Position numbers and translations under genes: made by a program. 64,000 bases of DNA, taken from NCBI GenBank assembly GCA_008632985.1, contig QPGO01000065.1:62001-126000 (forward strand). The letters run 5' to 3'. Every line of letters begins with the position of its first letter. Within the stretch, counting starts at the first letter, position 1. Below are positions 62,339 to 64,000 of the stretch, piece by piece. Below the pieces are notes generated by a model. It saw nothing but the letters and a program-made list of their open reading frames with translations, was not told where the DNA came from and did not search any database. The stretch is from Psammoneis japonica (taxonomy: Eukaryota).

Positions 62339-63660
62339 GTGACTGCCCATGGTTGGATGACAATGTTTGGTTTCGGAAGCCCCAGGACAAAAACAAGTTT
62401 GTGCGTGCTCGGGTTGGAGACCATCTTGTGGTGGCATTTGAGTGCGATTCATGTGTCTTTCACAAGCTGTGCCAGAGGGAACCTGTGCCCACTTCACCTT
62501 GAGACGAGGTTGCCCCAGCTTGTGTTCGGCGGGTTGTCTTGGATGCTTTTTGGAGCAGGGAGACCACTGTGGTTGAAGCGAATGCAGCAAAAGTTGGGCG
62601 GGGCTTAACCCCATCTGAACGTCTGGGCCTGACGGGCCCTCACCTCGAACCAGGCCCGCTGCCGCCCCATGATCACTGTGGGTGCGAGGTCGTGATGCAG
62701 ATCGTTTTAGCGTCGACGACTGCAGGGAAGCACTCGGAGTCGCATGCCCAATTTGATGCGATCCGAAAATTGCGCACTGCATGCTCGAATCAGGTGCGGG
62801 CCTCTGCCCAGGCTAACTCACGAGCTTTGGCTTTGGGAGATTTGGAAGGAAAACAGTGTCTCCGGATGTGTGAAGACCCGCGCGCCTCACTTTGGTTCCA
62901 ACGTTTTATGACCGGCTGCAAGAGATGGATGGGCCAAGACTGGAGACCCGACAGGGCGACATCAGTGGACATCATGCAACACCTCATGCCTCGGGTCGAG
63001 GAGAAGGCTCTCCGAGCCCCAGGGGAGGCTGATCGATTCATGTGCCTCACCTGTGGGTTGCACTTTGCGGCCAGCTACGTCTTGTCCCTCTGGGGCCCAG
63101 AAGGTCCACTCATGGACTTGGGCACACTGGCGACGCATCCACCAAGACATGCGGATTGTGCTGCAGTCCCTCTTTTGGGACGAGTGAAGGGAGAACACGG
63201 GGAGCGGCAGCACCTCCTCCCAAGTGTGAATGTGACTGGCTCAGGGATTGACCTTCGGTTTTGGGTGGAGACGGCAGCATCGTTGCACTGGGGTCGTCGA
63301 CGATCTCGCGGACCAGCCATGTCAGATGTGGACGGCAAAGTCTTGTCCACAAAAGACCTCAACACTTTTCTGCATGAAGTGCTGGGAGACATCTATGATG
63401 ACCACCCAAGCTTGTTCGCAGCTGACATCACCTCTGTTGCTGACACACAGGATAAATGCGACGTGAGCCGCTCGTTCCAGAGGGGATCTGACTCTCGCGC
63501 CATCGCTCAAAAGGCACCCGAAGATGACATCGACGTTGTCAACCATTGGAAAAGGAAGGAGAGGTCAGGGGCGGCCCGACCCACCCACAAAATGTGGCAA
63601 CACTGCGCCGACATTGCTCTTCTCTTGCCTTCGTTCCTGCAATGCACCAAGGCCATGTGA
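62339..63660 (+). pseudogene. Tyrosine recombinase, catalytic residues mutated
   Basis: SLWGPEG (expected LRGxE), GRVKGE, SRSFQRGS (expected RSxRRG), WQHCAD (expected HYAD, catalytic Tyr). Confidence 0.85.
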
Positions 63661-64000
63661 TTTGGGACGACCACAAGCCCTTGGTGTCTTTAGACTCCCG
63701 GAGAGCAGACTTCCATCTCCCTGCTCTCTGGTTCGATTTTTGGGGTGGCCACCACCCAGGATTCTCATCGGGGGGGATTGGAGCTCGGCCCGTCTCATTC
63801 GGCCTCGGGAGTCGATGAGACGAGGTCCAAGATTGCCGAGTGGCACAAGACCTTCGACGGCTTTAGTTTTCGTGCGGGAAAACTTGGTCTGGCGTGTCTT
63901 CGTTCGAGTTGGCCATTTGCTCTCAAAATTGCACCCAACGTTGCGAAATGCCAAAGGGAACAATTCTCGAGATTGGTCCTCGAAAACGCCCAAGGTGCCG

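Larger units (their letters stand above)
56018..63660 (+). mobile_element. DIRS/Ngaro-type tyrosine-recombinase retrotransposon, hypermutated; termini not resolved
   Basis: gag-like ORF, RT, RNase H, DAM-like remnant and tyrosine recombinase in DIRS order. Confidence 0.9.

Noticed and set aside
1..64000. Hundreds of short Cys/His-rich ORFs as real genes or metal-binding proteins
   Set aside because: Explained by depletion of TAA/TAG and conversion of Tyr codons to Cys/His.

Overview
Eukaryotic DNA, most likely from a diatom (CoDi-type copia element, diatom-style bipartite plastid-targeting peptide, GT-AG introns). Transposon blocks (about 1-18.5 kb, 23.7-32.7 kb, 43.6-64 kb) alternate with host-like islands (about 18.6-23.5 kb, 32.8-43.6 kb). 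The elements are a ~17.8 kb CACTA/CMC-type DNA transposon with cargo genes, a Ty1/copia retrotransposon, an IS630/Tc1/mariner-type element and a DIRS/Ngaro tyrosine-recombinase retrotransposon. The host islands hold a decayed REV3 (Pol zeta) copy, a TatD fragment, a frameshifted plastid-protein gene and a repeat-rich spliced gene. The main observation is a sharply bounded, transposon-restricted hypermutation converting TpA to TpG or CpA (A>G on either strand), the reverse of fungal RIP. It shows up as conserved Tyr codons turned into Cys/His in all four element classes, in a mutated versus unmutated LTR pair (8 of 9 differences at TpA), and as CA/TG toggles in a tandem array. This suggests a genome-defence mutator I do not know from the literature, layered on ordinary CpG decay. 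All family calls are from motif recognition by eye; no searches were run.
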